From Acutalibacteraceae bacterium (GTDB taxonomy: Bacteria > Bacillota > Clostridia > Oscillospirales > Acutalibacteraceae): DNA of 64,000 nucleotides. The stretch covers positions 593 to 64,592 of the forward strand of contig JAZRLZ010000019.1 of the NCBI GenBank assembly GCA_045647125.1, read 5' to 3'. Shown here piece after piece: positions 1 to 9,668 of the stretch (its first letter is position 1; each line of letters starts with the position of its first letter). The position numbers were made by a program, and so were the translations under genes. The notes below the pieces were generated by a model. The model did no database searches. It was given only the letters and a program-made list of their open reading frames with translations, and was not told the origin of the DNA.

Positions 1-300
1 AATTGTAAGTTTGACGTTTTTTCTTGCGAAAAAATCTTCGTCCCGAAGGTCGCGCTCTGAAAAACAGAGCCACACTCCGAAATGTATATAATCTGATTCG
101 AAAAGTGTTCTGCCCATCAGATTGAGCTGAATTTCGATGTGTTTGTGTTTCGACCGAATGATATTATACAATATTGATTTGATATAATCAAGTATAAATA
201 TGATTTTTTTAAAATTAGTTTAATTGATATTGTTGGGTTGAATATAAATCAGGGGTGAAAGGGTGTAACATTATAATTTTATGTATATTCTTTATTGTCA

Positions 301-329
301 TTTACAATAAATTATATATATGGTATAAT
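301..329 (+). promoter_or_regulatory. Candidate sigma-A promoter of the ABC/DUF1854/ABC operon (TTTACA-17 nt-TATAAT, TGG extended -10)
   Basis: TTTACA at 301-306 and TATAAT at 324-329, read directly; about 60 nt upstream of the predicted GTG start. Confidence 0.4.
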
Positions 330-389
330 ATAGTGATTTTTTAGGACCATATTTGTCCTGTTATATTCTTGTTTCCGGAGGTGAGAGGT

Positions 390-2780
390 GTGAAAGTTCT
401 TAATAAGGTTCTGGTAAAACTCCATATTAAAAAGCCACCCCATCAGCCATATCAGAAGGGTGAAATATTGCCCGAACAGTACAAAGCAATTCTTGAAAAA
501 GAGAAGCTTGATACATCGGATATTATATACGGCTTCAGATCGGATATGTGTTCTGCGGAGGAGTTCGGCACCTGCTACATTTTATTCGATAAAATGGGTG
601 TTTACGTTGCTACCTTTACCGAGCCTGAAATACCCCGCAAAAAGAAGAAAAAGGCTCCGCAGCCCGAACCTGAGCTAATAAAACTTGTCTGCTTGCCCAT
701 TGATGAGGTTGACGAGGTTTTTGCCGAGCAATACCACGCTACAGGTCAGCTGACATACACATATAAGGGTGAGTATTACTCATTAGGATATTTCCCCATA
801 GGTACACTTGAAAAGGCGGATAACTTCCGCAAAATTTTTAATGCCTTCAAGCAGGGGAAGGACTATATGCAATACCTTAACAATGCTACGGGCAACGTTT
901 GTGACAAGTGCGGCGCACCTATACCTAACGGTCTTAAATACTGCAAGGATTGTGTTGACCGTTCATCTACCGTTAAAAGGTTGTTTTCTTTTTTTGGCGA
1001 TGTTAAGGGCAAAATGATCTTTATGATATGTGCTGTTCTTTTCAGCTCGTTCATTTCACTTATAATTCCTCAATTCAGTACCCAGAAGCTGTATGATGAG
1101 GTGCTGAATACCGGCAACACCAATTCTTACGAAACACTTATTGATTCGCTTGTTACAATAGTGCTTACCATGGCGTTCCTGAAGCTTTTTCAGCAGGGTT
1201 TTACCCTTGTGTATCAATATATCGTTGCAGGCGTTTTGCCGGATGTTGTTTATAACATAAAGCTTAAAATCTTCAAGGCAATGCAAAGGCTCAGTGTAGG
1301 CTTCTACACCCACAAGCAGACCGGCTCACTCATGGAGCGTATTACAAGGGATGCCAACAATATTTATTGGTTCTTTGTTGACGGCTTCCCGTACCTTATT
1401 GCGAATGCATTCATGGTTGTGGGCATAATTGTTGTTATGCTTATTACAAGTGTACGCCTAACACTTATGATATCGGGTGTTGCGAGTGTAATATTCATCG
1501 CATACCCCATGGTTAACAAGAAATTCCGCAAGCTCCACCACAGTGTGTGGGTACAGCACGCGAAGCTTACCTCAAAGGTAAGTGATAACATTAACGGCCA
1601 CCGCATTATCAAGGCCTTTTCTAAAGAAAATGATGAGCTTAGCCGTTTCGGTAAAATAAGTAAATCACTTTATGATGCGGAGGTGCGCTCCTCCGATGCG
1701 GAAAGTACGGTTTTTCCCATACTTTCAATTATAATTTATTTGCTTGGTGCTATTGTTCTTGGTGCGGGCGGTATTATGGCGGTTACCACAGATGACCTTA
1801 CAATCGGTCAGCTTCTTACCTTCGTAGTATACCTTAGTATGCTGCAGTCACCCATTGACTTCCTTTCCTGGGTTGTTCATTGGTGGGCACGTTGTGTCGA
1901 TTCCTCACAGCGTGTGTTTGAAATTATGGATACCGAGCCCGACGTTAACGACAAACCTCAGCCGATTATTCTTGATGATTTCAAGGGACAGATTGAGCTT
2001 AAGGAGCTTCAGTTTGAATATGAGCCTGCACATCCGGTTATAAAGAATCTGTCGATTAAAATTGAAGCAGGTGAAATGCTTGGTATAGTAGGCAAGACCG
2101 GTGCAGGAAAAACAACTATATCCAACCTTATTGCCCGTCTTTATGACCCCAAGGAGGGCGTTGTTGAAATAGACGGATATGATGTTAAGGATTTGTCATC
2201 GAAGCAGCTGCGACAGAATATTGGTATAGTTTCTCAGGATATTTTCCTTTTTATAGGCACAATTGCAGACAACATACGCTATGCAAGGCCTGATGCCACA
2301 AACGATGAGGTTATAGCCGCTGCAAAGGCTGCTTCGGCACACTCGTTTATTACAAAGCTTCCCGACGGTTACGAAACATGGGTGGGCTCGGGTGGTCAGG
2401 ATTTGTCCGGTGGTGAGCGTCAGCGTATTTCTATAGCGCGTACAATTATACAAAACCCCAAGATACTTATTCTTGATGAGGCAACCGCGGCAATGGATAC
2501 GGAAACGGAGCGTAATATACAGAACTCTATTTCTGAGCTTAAAAACGGCAGGACAACCATCGCTATAGCACACCGTCTTTCTACACTCCGAGATGCTGAC
2601 AAGCTTGCCGTTATTGAAGATGGTGAGTGCATAGAATTCGGCACCTATCAGGAACTTATGGATAAGCAGGGTGCATACTATAAGCTGTTTAAATTGCAGG
2701 AAGAGGCTTTGCGATTTATCGGTATAGGTGAAGAAAACAAGGATGATGAAAAGGAGAATGATAACAATGAACAAAAGTAA
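390..2780 (+). CDS. ABC exporter half-transporter (TMD-NBD fusion) with a ~200-aa N-terminal soluble extension containing a zinc ribbon
   Basis: ORF 369..2780; the GTG at 390 lies 7 nt after GGAGGTG. Walker A GKTGAGKTT, signature LSGGERQR, Walker B ILILDEAT. Six predicted TM helices. CDKC-x10-CKDC sits just before TM1. Confidence 0.9.
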   Translation: MKVLNKVLVKLHIKKPPHQPYQKGEILPEQYKAILEKEKLDTSDIIYGFRSDMCSAEEFGTCYILFDKMGVYVATFTEPEIPRKKKKKAPQPEPELIKLVCLPIDEVDEVFAEQYHATGQLTYTYKGEYYSLGYFPIGTLEKADNFRKIFNAFKQGKDYMQYLNNATGNVCDKCGAPIPNGLKYCKDCVDRSSTVKRLFSFFGDVKGKMIFMICAVLFSSFISLIIPQFSTQKLYDEVLNTGNTNSYETLIDSLVTIVLTMAFLKLFQQGFTLVYQYIVAGVLPDVVYNIKLKIFKAMQRLSVGFYTHKQTGSLMERITRDANNIYWFFVDGFPYLIANAFMVVGIIVVMLITSVRLTLMISGVASVIFIAYPMVNKKFRKLHHSVWVQHAKLTSKVSDNINGHRIIKAFSKENDELSRFGKISKSLYDAEVRSSDAESTVFPILSIIIYLLGAIVLGAGGIMAVTTDDLTIGQLLTFVVYLSMLQSPIDFLSWVVHWWARCVDSSQRVFEIMDTEPDVNDKPQPIILDDFKGQIELKELQFEYEPAHPVIKNLSIKIEAGEMLGIVGKTGAGKTTISNLIARLYDPKEGVVEIDGYDVKDLSSKQLRQNIGIVSQDIFLFIGTIADNIRYARPDATNDEVIAAAKAASAHSFITKLPDGYETWVGSGGQDLSGGERQRISIARTIIQNPKILILDEATAAMDTETERNIQNSISELKNGRTTIAIAHRLSTLRDADKLAVIEDGECIEFGTYQELMDKQGAYYKLFKLQEEALRFIGIGEENKDDEKENDNNEQK

Positions 2781-3273
2781 CAGATTGACTATTGATATGC
2801 TTGAGCCTGCAGAGTGTAAATTCTCCTTTAATGATAATGGATTTTTAGTTTTTGTTTACAAGGGTGAGGCAAAGGGCAGAGTTAAGCTTGTGCGCACATA
2901 CCCTTATTCATTAGATAATGAATACATCTGTGTGAACACACTTGATGATAAGGAGCTTGGCATTATCAGAAATCTTAAAACTCTTGATGAAGAATCCTGT
3001 GCCTGTGCTCAAAAGGAGCTTCATAACAGGTATTATTGTCCTACAGTTTCTACCGTCAAAAGCGTGAAAGAGCGCATGGGCAACTTTTATTTCGAAACTG
3101 TTATTGACGGAAGAAAGAAGAATTTTACGGTTAGGGATATTACAAAAAACCTCCGTTTTGCAGGTGAAAATGTGCTCCTTATTTTTGATATGGACGGTAA
3201 CAGATATATAATTCCTGATTTTGAAAGCATAGAAGAAAAAAGCAGAAGACTGCTTGAGCCTTATTTGTATTAA
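2767..3273 (+). CDS. DUF1854-family protein (small cytoplasmic protein typically found between paired ABC exporter genes)
   Basis: ORF 2728..3273; ATG at 2767 preceded by AAGGAG. The sequence pattern (RTYPYS...ELGII...RYYCP...FTVRD...DGNRYIIPD) matches my recollection of DUF1854. Overlaps the upstream ABC gene by 14 nt. Confidence 0.7.
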   Translation: MNKSNRLTIDMLEPAECKFSFNDNGFLVFVYKGEAKGRVKLVRTYPYSLDNEYICVNTLDDKELGIIRNLKTLDEESCACAQKELHNRYYCPTVSTVKSVKERMGNFYFETVIDGRKKNFTVRDITKNLRFAGENVLLIFDMDGNRYIIPDFESIEEKSRRLLEPYLY

Positions 3274-5435
3274 TGATTATGAAAGATATTATAACTCATT
3301 TTGATATTTCTCCCTCGGGTGAAAACTGTAACGGTACGTTAAGCTTCCGTGATAATATCATTACGGTTTCTCTTGACGGGGAGGAAAAGAAATTTAATAT
3401 TTCGGGCATTAAAGAGGCTGTGCAGTATACTGATGTAGGCTGTGGCAGACTTGAACTTGTGCCTGAGGGCAGTAACCCCGACGGTAGCGAAAATATCCAC
3501 GTTTGCCGTTTTTCTATGAGCTGTGTTACGGAAATAGGTGAATTCACAAAGGTTGTTAACCACCTTATTGAAACGGGTGAGCTGCTTGAAATAAGTGAAG
3601 CAGACCTGCCCGTATGCCCTAAATGTCATCGACATTATCTGAGGGGTATGAGCGTTTGTATGTTCTGTGTGAAAAAATCATACGTTTTTTCACGTGCATT
3701 CGGTTATTTCAAACCTTATGCGGGTACGGTAGCGCTTACGGGTATTTTGTTGGCAATTGCAAACGTGCTCAGTGCAATTATGCCCCTTTTCAATTCCTTG
3801 CTTATTGATAATTATCTTATACCTGCGAAAGGGTCAAAGCCGTATTTTGAGGATGCACCTACGGGCATTCTTGTGATTGTGCTTTCTATGATACTGACCT
3901 TTGCGGTGAGTAAGGTTATTACCATTTTCTCGTCGCGGATATCTAACCGTATCGGTTCAAAATTCAGTAACGATTTGCGTAGGCTTGTGTATGAAAAAAT
4001 ACAGAATCTTACCCTTACGGCAATGTCGAAACGATCTGCAGGTAACCTTATGCATCGTGTTACTCAGGATACGGAACGAATCAAGGAGTTTTTCAATCAG
4101 CAGGGCAGATATCTTGTGGAGCAGATTATTGTGTTTACCGTAGTTCTTGCGGTGCTTTTCAGCACTAACGTTCTGCTTACTCTTGTGGTGCTTTTGCCAA
4201 TACCAATCGGTGTTTTTGCTATGTCACGCTTCCGCCACTCTACATCTGTAAGATACCATAAGCAGTGGCGCATAAATTCTAAGGCAACCTCAATACTTCA
4301 CGATATTATAAAGGGTATAAGGGTTGTAAAAGCTTTCGGTAATGAGGAACGTGAAATACAAAAATTTTCTGATGTTTCACGTAAGCTTCGTGACGTCAGT
4401 GCAAGTAATGAAAAATATTGGGCGGTTACCTTCCCCCTTGTTGGTAACTTTATGACAATAGGTGAATTTCTTGTTCTGTTCATTGGCGGTAAAATGGTGC
4501 TTGACGGTACACTTACCATAGGTGAGCTGACACGCTTCAATATGTATCTTGCATTTTTGTACGCACCGTTAAGGTGGCTTTCTATATTCCCCAGAAGGCT
4601 TGCAGACTGTACTACAAGCCTTGTTAAAATCTACGAAATACTTGATGAGGATGACGATACCTCGTCAAGCGTGAATGAGGAAGATTTTGATCCGTCGGGT
4701 GATGTTGAATTTAATAACGTTACCTTCGGGTATAAATCATACGAGCCGGTGCTTAAAAATATTAATCTTCACATAAATTCCGGGGAAATGATTGGTCTTG
4801 TAGGGCATTCGGGTGCCGGTAAATCTACGGTTATTAACCTTTGTATGCGTCTTTATGATCCTAATATAGGTGGAATTACCATTGGCGGTAAGGATATCAG
4901 GGGTGTTACTCCGCGTACACTCAGGGATAATATAGGTGTTGTTTTCCAGGAAACCTACCTTTTCTCCGGCTCTGTGTATGATAACATTGCATATGCACGT
5001 GCAGGTGCGGATTATGACGAGGTAATTGCGGCGGCCAAGGCGGCAAATGCACACGAATTTATAACAAAGCTTCCCGACGGCTATAATACGGTTATCGGTG
5101 AAAACGGCCATTCTCTTTCGGGCGGCGAAAGGCAACGTATAAGCATTGCACGTGCAATACTTAAAAATCCGAAAATTCTTATACTCGATGAGGCGACAAG
5201 CTCCCTTGACCCGGAAACGGAAATAAAAATTCAGGAAGCACTTGCAAGACTTATTGAGGGGAGAACAACCATTGCTATTGCACACCGACTTGCCACACTT
5301 AAAAATGCAGACAGACTGGTTGTTATCGAGCAGGGCAGAATTGCAGAGCTCGGTACGCACGAGGAGCTTGTGGCAAAGGGCGGTATATATGCCGGTCTTG
5401 TGGCGGCACAGAGGCAGACTCAGGCACTCAACTAA
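3273..5435 (+). CDS. ABC exporter half-transporter (TMD-NBD fusion) with a ~135-aa N-terminal soluble extension containing a zinc ribbon
   Basis: TAATG stop/start overlap with the DUF1854 gene. Walker A GHSGAGKST, LSGGERQR, ILILDEAT. CPKC-x10-CMFC immediately before TM1. Confidence 0.9.
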   Translation: MIMKDIITHFDISPSGENCNGTLSFRDNIITVSLDGEEKKFNISGIKEAVQYTDVGCGRLELVPEGSNPDGSENIHVCRFSMSCVTEIGEFTKVVNHLIETGELLEISEADLPVCPKCHRHYLRGMSVCMFCVKKSYVFSRAFGYFKPYAGTVALTGILLAIANVLSAIMPLFNSLLIDNYLIPAKGSKPYFEDAPTGILVIVLSMILTFAVSKVITIFSSRISNRIGSKFSNDLRRLVYEKIQNLTLTAMSKRSAGNLMHRVTQDTERIKEFFNQQGRYLVEQIIVFTVVLAVLFSTNVLLTLVVLLPIPIGVFAMSRFRHSTSVRYHKQWRINSKATSILHDIIKGIRVVKAFGNEEREIQKFSDVSRKLRDVSASNEKYWAVTFPLVGNFMTIGEFLVLFIGGKMVLDGTLTIGELTRFNMYLAFLYAPLRWLSIFPRRLADCTTSLVKIYEILDEDDDTSSSVNEEDFDPSGDVEFNNVTFGYKSYEPVLKNINLHINSGEMIGLVGHSGAGKSTVINLCMRLYDPNIGGITIGGKDIRGVTPRTLRDNIGVVFQETYLFSGSVYDNIAYARAGADYDEVIAAAKAANAHEFITKLPDGYNTVIGENGHSLSGGERQRISIARAILKNPKILILDEATSSLDPETEIKIQEALARLIEGRTTIAIAHRLATLKNADRLVVIEQGRIAELGTHEELVAKGGIYAGLVAAQRQTQALN

Positions 5436-6325
5436 TATAAGGTGAAATCGGCAAAAATCGGGTAATGGTCACTTAAGTCATCAAGGGGACTGCAGGATAA
5501 AATTCCATAGCATAGAATATTTGCATCGCCTGACAGAAAAATGTGATCATTGTTAGCGGAATTGACACTTTTTCGGTCACCCTGCAAAAGAAGTTTCGCT
5601 GATGACTTAGTGTCGGTCAGATGGCTTGTAAGAATATCATAAACCTGAGAGGACGGGTATTGTACCCGCCCTCTTTCTTTTGCGTTAAAATCACCTATAA
5701 CAAATATGGGGCAATTGTAAATACTCCGTAGCCTTGCGGTTAATTCGTTTATATAAAGCCCCTGTCGTATTGGTGGCAGATTGCTTTTCACACTAAGGCT
5801 CAGATGAGTATTTATAACGCAAAAAATATCACCACCCTTACGAAGTCTGAATACACCATAGGCTGCCCGTCTTGTGCGGTAATCGTAGCTTTCAGGAAGC
5901 ATAAGACTGCCGCTTTTTATAAGAATGACCTTCTGTTTGTTGTATACAATTGTAGTCATATAGCCGAAAAGCTCTGTCGGAATTGGATCGATAAAAGCGT
6001 AGCAGGGCGTAAAGGCTTCTGTATTATTAAGGTTATAGAACCAGCGGCGGTCACATTCCTGCAGACCTATAATGTGAGGGTTGAGGCTATTTATAACCTG
6101 ATCTATACCTTGAAGTCTTGTTCTGCAAGGGCTACCGTAAAAGCCCGGGCCGTCGGAAAGCAGATTATAGCTTAATATACGTATACTGTTACTGCTTTTC
6201 GGTGTGATGTCTGTAAGAGAGGAAAGCTCTGTTTTTACAGAGGAGTCTGATTTACTGTGGTGGGGAATTATTAAAAGAAGAATCGCAACTGCAACAGAAA
6301 GTGCTTTGAAAAAATGTTTGAACAT
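5432..6325 (-). CDS. Secreted endonuclease/exonuclease/phosphatase (EEP) family protein
   Basis: N-terminal signal-like segment. EEP motifs ILSYNLL, GLQE, NTHL, GDFN, SDHYP. Confidence 0.8.
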   Translation of the reverse strand: MFKHFFKALSVAVAILLLIIPHHSKSDSSVKTELSSLTDITPKSSNSIRILSYNLLSDGPGFYGSPCRTRLQGIDQVINSLNPHIIGLQECDRRWFYNLNNTEAFTPCYAFIDPIPTELFGYMTTIVYNKQKVILIKSGSLMLPESYDYRTRRAAYGVFRLRKGGDIFCVINTHLSLSVKSNLPPIRQGLYINELTARLRSIYNCPIFVIGDFNAKERGRVQYPSSQVYDILTSHLTDTKSSAKLLLQGDRKSVNSANNDHIFLSGDANILCYGILSCSPLDDLSDHYPIFADFTLY

Positions 6326-6355
6326 AAATATAGTTTCTGTTCAGGTGGCGGATTT

Positions 6356-6394
6356 ATGCAAAAAAAGAAGGTATCATCTGATACCTTCTTTTTT
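6356..6394 (-). terminator. Rho-independent terminator downstream of the M28 peptidase gene (A-run/T-run on both sides)
   Basis: 10-bp perfect stem gaaggtatca/tgataccttc flanked by an A-run and a T-run. Confidence 0.65.
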
Positions 6395-6409
6395 GTTGAA
6401 TATAAATTA

Positions 6410-7627
6410 TTACTGTTTTGCACCGTTATCGAACATTTCAAGCACCTTGACGCTTGCTGCGAAGCAATCTGCAAGACATTTTTTGTTAAGTGCATCTGGT
6501 GTATCACGTCTTGTGTGATAGAAATCGGGAAGAGCGTGATTAAGTGCTGTGATACCGGTTGAACGCATACCTGCCTGAGCAAATGCTGCAGAGTCTGTAG
6601 CACCACCGAGAGGGGGAACCATACCCTTACCGCAGGGGATACCAAGCTCTTCACAAGCCTCGTAGAATAAGTCGGAAACGTCTTTGTCAACCTTAACTGT
6701 AGCATTAAGGTCACGATAGTTTACACTAAGATGTTCGCACTGTGCGATTGTATCATAAGAATAAACGAATGTAGGAACATCGTTTAATTCATTTGCGTGA
6801 GCTTCGCACCATGCTTTTGCACCGCGAAGACCGGCTTCTTCTGAGCCTGAAAGAACAACACCGATTTCTGTGTTTTCAAGCTCGATGCCTTCATCTTTAA
6901 GCATTTTTAAGATAGCCATACCGATATAGCATCCTGTAAGGTTATCGTTAGCGCCATCAACAGATTTATTTCTGTTCCACATAAAGTAAAGACCAAACCA
7001 GAATGGCGCAAAAACAAGACAAGCAAGGCCTAATTTAAGTGCAAGAGCTTCATTTATACCTGCAACGCTTGCAATAGAAATGCCTAATAAATAGAAAGCA
7101 CCGATAAAGCAAGTGATCATATGAATATCGAAGCCGAGGTACGAAAATTTTTCTTTGATAGGCCATTCCCAAGCAGCGTCGGGGTGACCGTTAAAAATGA
7201 TACGACGTTTAACTTCGCCTGTAGGCTTTTTGAAACCTGTTGCATTGTGTCCTGTTTTTTCTTTGAAGAACTTATCAACAACTTTTTTGTAAAGACCGAA
7301 CTGTAACACGCAAAGTATAAGGCCAAGTGCAATAAATATAATTGAAAGAACCGGCACTTTTAAGAAAAATGCAATCAATGCTAAAAAGCAGAATGTAATT
7401 GTGAAGTTAATCCAACCAAAGAATGAACCCGGGTTTTCTTTGAAGCCCTCAACATAAACACGGTCACAACCATATTCTTTCATCTGCTCGGCGGCATATT
7501 CGCAAGCTTGCTGCTCACCATATGTACCGGGGCCACGTTTTTCGAACTTTGTACAGATATGGGTGATTTCATCCACCATATACTGTGCGTACTCGTCTTT
7601 TTTTGCAATAAATTTGCTGAAATCCAT
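6410..7627 (-). CDS. Membrane-embedded M28-family metallopeptidase
   Basis: GSEEAGLRGAKAW and HTRRDT metal/active-site-like motifs; four hydrophobic helices inserted in the N-terminal half. Confidence 0.7.
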   Translation of the reverse strand: MDFSKFIAKKDEYAQYMVDEITHICTKFEKRGPGTYGEQQACEYAAEQMKEYGCDRVYVEGFKENPGSFFGWINFTITFCFLALIAFFLKVPVLSIIFIALGLILCVLQFGLYKKVVDKFFKEKTGHNATGFKKPTGEVKRRIIFNGHPDAAWEWPIKEKFSYLGFDIHMITCFIGAFYLLGISIASVAGINEALALKLGLACLVFAPFWFGLYFMWNRNKSVDGANDNLTGCYIGMAILKMLKDEGIELENTEIGVVLSGSEEAGLRGAKAWCEAHANELNDVPTFVYSYDTIAQCEHLSVNYRDLNATVKVDKDVSDLFYEACEELGIPCGKGMVPPLGGATDSAAFAQAGMRSTGITALNHALPDFYHTRRDTPDALNKKCLADCFAASVKVLEMFDNGAKQ

Positions 7628-7687
7628 AATATTTTCTCCTCATTTTTAATATATCTAACCATATTCAAGCAACTGAATGTGGGATAT

Positions 7688-8545
7688 TTACTTGGTGTTT
7701 TTTAGCTGTGTTGCAAATCTGCAGGCACGTATATAACATTCGGTAACATATTCCTCAATAGGCATTTTGGAATACTTATCGTTTTCGTGTCGATTTGGCT
7801 TTGATTTGTTGTTAAGCTCGAAGGTAAGAATGCCGTCATAACAGCAATCTTTAAGCCGTTTTGCAAGCTCCGTCCAATTTGCAATGCCATCGTAGGGGAG
7901 CAGGTGTAAATCATCGTGCCAGGTTATTTTACCTCCGAAATCCTTAATGCCTAAGTTGTCGTTGAGATGTGTTGCAATAAGCTTATCACCGAATTTAGCG
8001 ACTAAATTTTCCGAAAAGTTATAACACATCTCGTGGCCGGAATCCCAACAGAAGCCTACACATTCTCTGTTATGGTAGCGTTGGAGAATTGCTTCAAGAT
8101 AGGGAAGACCTTCGGTGTTTTCAAATGCGATTTTAACACCAAGCTTTTCGGCATAATCAATAACCTTGCCGTAATTTTCAAGACCGAATTCCGTAGGACG
8201 ATATTCTGTATCGAAGCCTACATAAACGTGGCAGACCATAATAGGTACTCCGCATTCATAACAAAGGTCAAGACAATGACAAAGCTCCTCGACGCCCTCG
8301 AGAGCCTCCTCCACACAATCCTCATCCCACATATCGGCACAATAGCCCCATGGGGCGTGTATCGATTGGAAAATCATACCTTCCTCCGCACCTATGCGGG
8401 CACATTCGCGTACAACGTCATCGAGAGCGTAGCCCCAAAGCACATTGAAACCCTCAAATCCAACTTTTTTGAAAAGGCGTATTTGCTCCGTTTCAGGTAT
8501 ACCGAAGGTGTTGTTTGTGGAAAGACACAATTTGCAGGAATGCAT
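7688..8545 (-). CDS. Sugar phosphate isomerase/epimerase (xylose isomerase-like TIM barrel)
   Basis: 285 aa with the family-typical pattern FENTEG...WDSGHE...HLNDN. Confidence 0.7.
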   Translation of the reverse strand: MHSCKLCLSTNNTFGIPETEQIRLFKKVGFEGFNVLWGYALDDVVRECARIGAEEGMIFQSIHAPWGYCADMWDEDCVEEALEGVEELCHCLDLCYECGVPIMVCHVYVGFDTEYRPTEFGLENYGKVIDYAEKLGVKIAFENTEGLPYLEAILQRYHNRECVGFCWDSGHEMCYNFSENLVAKFGDKLIATHLNDNLGIKDFGGKITWHDDLHLLPYDGIANWTELAKRLKDCCYDGILTFELNNKSKPNRHENDKYSKMPIEEYVTECYIRACRFATQLKNTK

Positions 8546-8685
8546 TCTAACACCCCTTTAAAAGATATTTAACAAATGTTTAACAAAAAACATTTTATCA
8601 CAATAACACAAAATTTCAACACCTAAAAGAAAAAATGTGTTGAAATTCGGCAATTTTTTTATATAATTATATTGGGTGGAAATGT

Positions 8686-9468
8686 ATGCAAATTAAGGAA
8701 AGTTTTATAAAAGGAAAAAGAGATAATCCCGAATTATGTGAGGACGGTATTTTTTGTAACGAGGATTTCGTAGCGGTTTTTGATGGTGTTACTGCCAAAA
8801 CAAGCCGTAAATTCAACGGAAAAACCGGTGGACGAGCTGCAATGGAGTGTGCGGTAAGTACACTTTCTCAAGCAAAGTCTGATATCGATGCTGAAAGCCT
8901 TTTCGGAAAAATAAATAGTGCTATAGCGGAGCTTTATGAGGGTGATGCTACGGGGGAGGCGGCAGTTTGCGCCATAATTTACAGCAGACATTTTAAAGAA
9001 ATTTGGTCTGTCGGGGACTGTCAATGCCTTGTTGACAACAAGCATTTTAAAAATGAAAAGCAAATTGATGTTATACTTTCAAATGTACGTTCACTTGCAC
9101 TTGAAATATATGGGAAAAAAGGCGTTACTTCCTCGGAGGATCCCGGAAGAGCTTTTATATTGCCGCTTCTTAAGGAACAGCACTGTCTTGCAAACGGCAA
9201 CAGTATTTATTCTTACGCAGTACTTAACGGCACACCCGAATTTGACCCGAGAAGTTACCTTTGTATTAAAGCTCACGAGGGTGCGGAGATTGTGCTTGCA
9301 ACCGACGGTTACCCGAAGCTTTTCAATACTTTGGATCAGTCGGAAAAGGCACTTTCGTATCTTATTGAAAATGATCCCGAATGCCGCTATGAGTATTGTT
9401 CAACCAAAGGGATTCAGGAGGGCTGCTGTTCCTTTGATGACAGAGCATACATCCGCGTTAACATATAG
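8686..9468 (+). CDS. PP2C-like (serine/threonine phosphatase fold) domain protein
   Basis: VAVFDGVT ... SVGDC ... LATDGY pattern resembling PP2C/SpoIIE metal-binding motifs; no partner kinase or anti-sigma gene nearby. Confidence 0.45.
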   Translation: MQIKESFIKGKRDNPELCEDGIFCNEDFVAVFDGVTAKTSRKFNGKTGGRAAMECAVSTLSQAKSDIDAESLFGKINSAIAELYEGDATGEAAVCAIIYSRHFKEIWSVGDCQCLVDNKHFKNEKQIDVILSNVRSLALEIYGKKGVTSSEDPGRAFILPLLKEQHCLANGNSIYSYAVLNGTPEFDPRSYLCIKAHEGAEIVLATDGYPKLFNTLDQSEKALSYLIENDPECRYEYCSTKGIQEGCCSFDDRAYIRVNI

Positions 9469-9605
9469 GTCACAATTTTAACATCTTTTTAATATTCCTG
9501 TGATAAATTTATTAACATATATGCATTTTTTAAATAAATACTTAATAAGTTTTTTGTGTATTTCAACAAAAACATATATATGTGTTGTAAAACCGAAAAA
9601 GTGAA

Positions 9606-9634
9606 TTGACATTCACCCCATACTTTGGTATAAT
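9606..9634 (+). promoter_or_regulatory. Consensus sigma-A promoter (TTGACA-17 nt-TATAAT, TGG extended -10)
   Basis: TTGACA 9606-9611, TATAAT 9629-9634, read directly. Confidence 0.6.
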
Positions 9635-9668
9635 TTCTAATAAGTAAATTAGAATGGAGAGATATTTG

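Noticed and set aside
1-300. Several short hairpins (gctctg/cagagc at about 53-71; aatctgat/atcagatt at about 91-124) that might be a riboswitch or sRNA upstream of the ABC operon
   Set aside because: No recognisable riboswitch core, no terminator/antiterminator alternative, and the stems are short. This is probably just the 3' flank of an upstream gene outside the window.
2196-2774. 192-aa minus-strand ORF inside the first ABC gene. Similar long antisense ORFs occur at 4737-5360, 8033-8572, 10607-11110, 16074-16847, 42133-42759 and 47017-47709.
   Set aside because: All lie fully antisense to well-supported genes with clear motifs. Their translations are Cys/Ile/Phe-rich nonsense without RBS or domain features. 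They are shadow ORFs caused by codon bias and, at 47 kb, by the tandem repeats.
6271-6714. 147-aa minus-strand ORF spanning the M28 3' end and the intergenic terminator
   Set aside because: It is out of frame relative to the M28 peptidase gene and crosses a strong terminator hairpin. The translation is low-complexity with no RBS.
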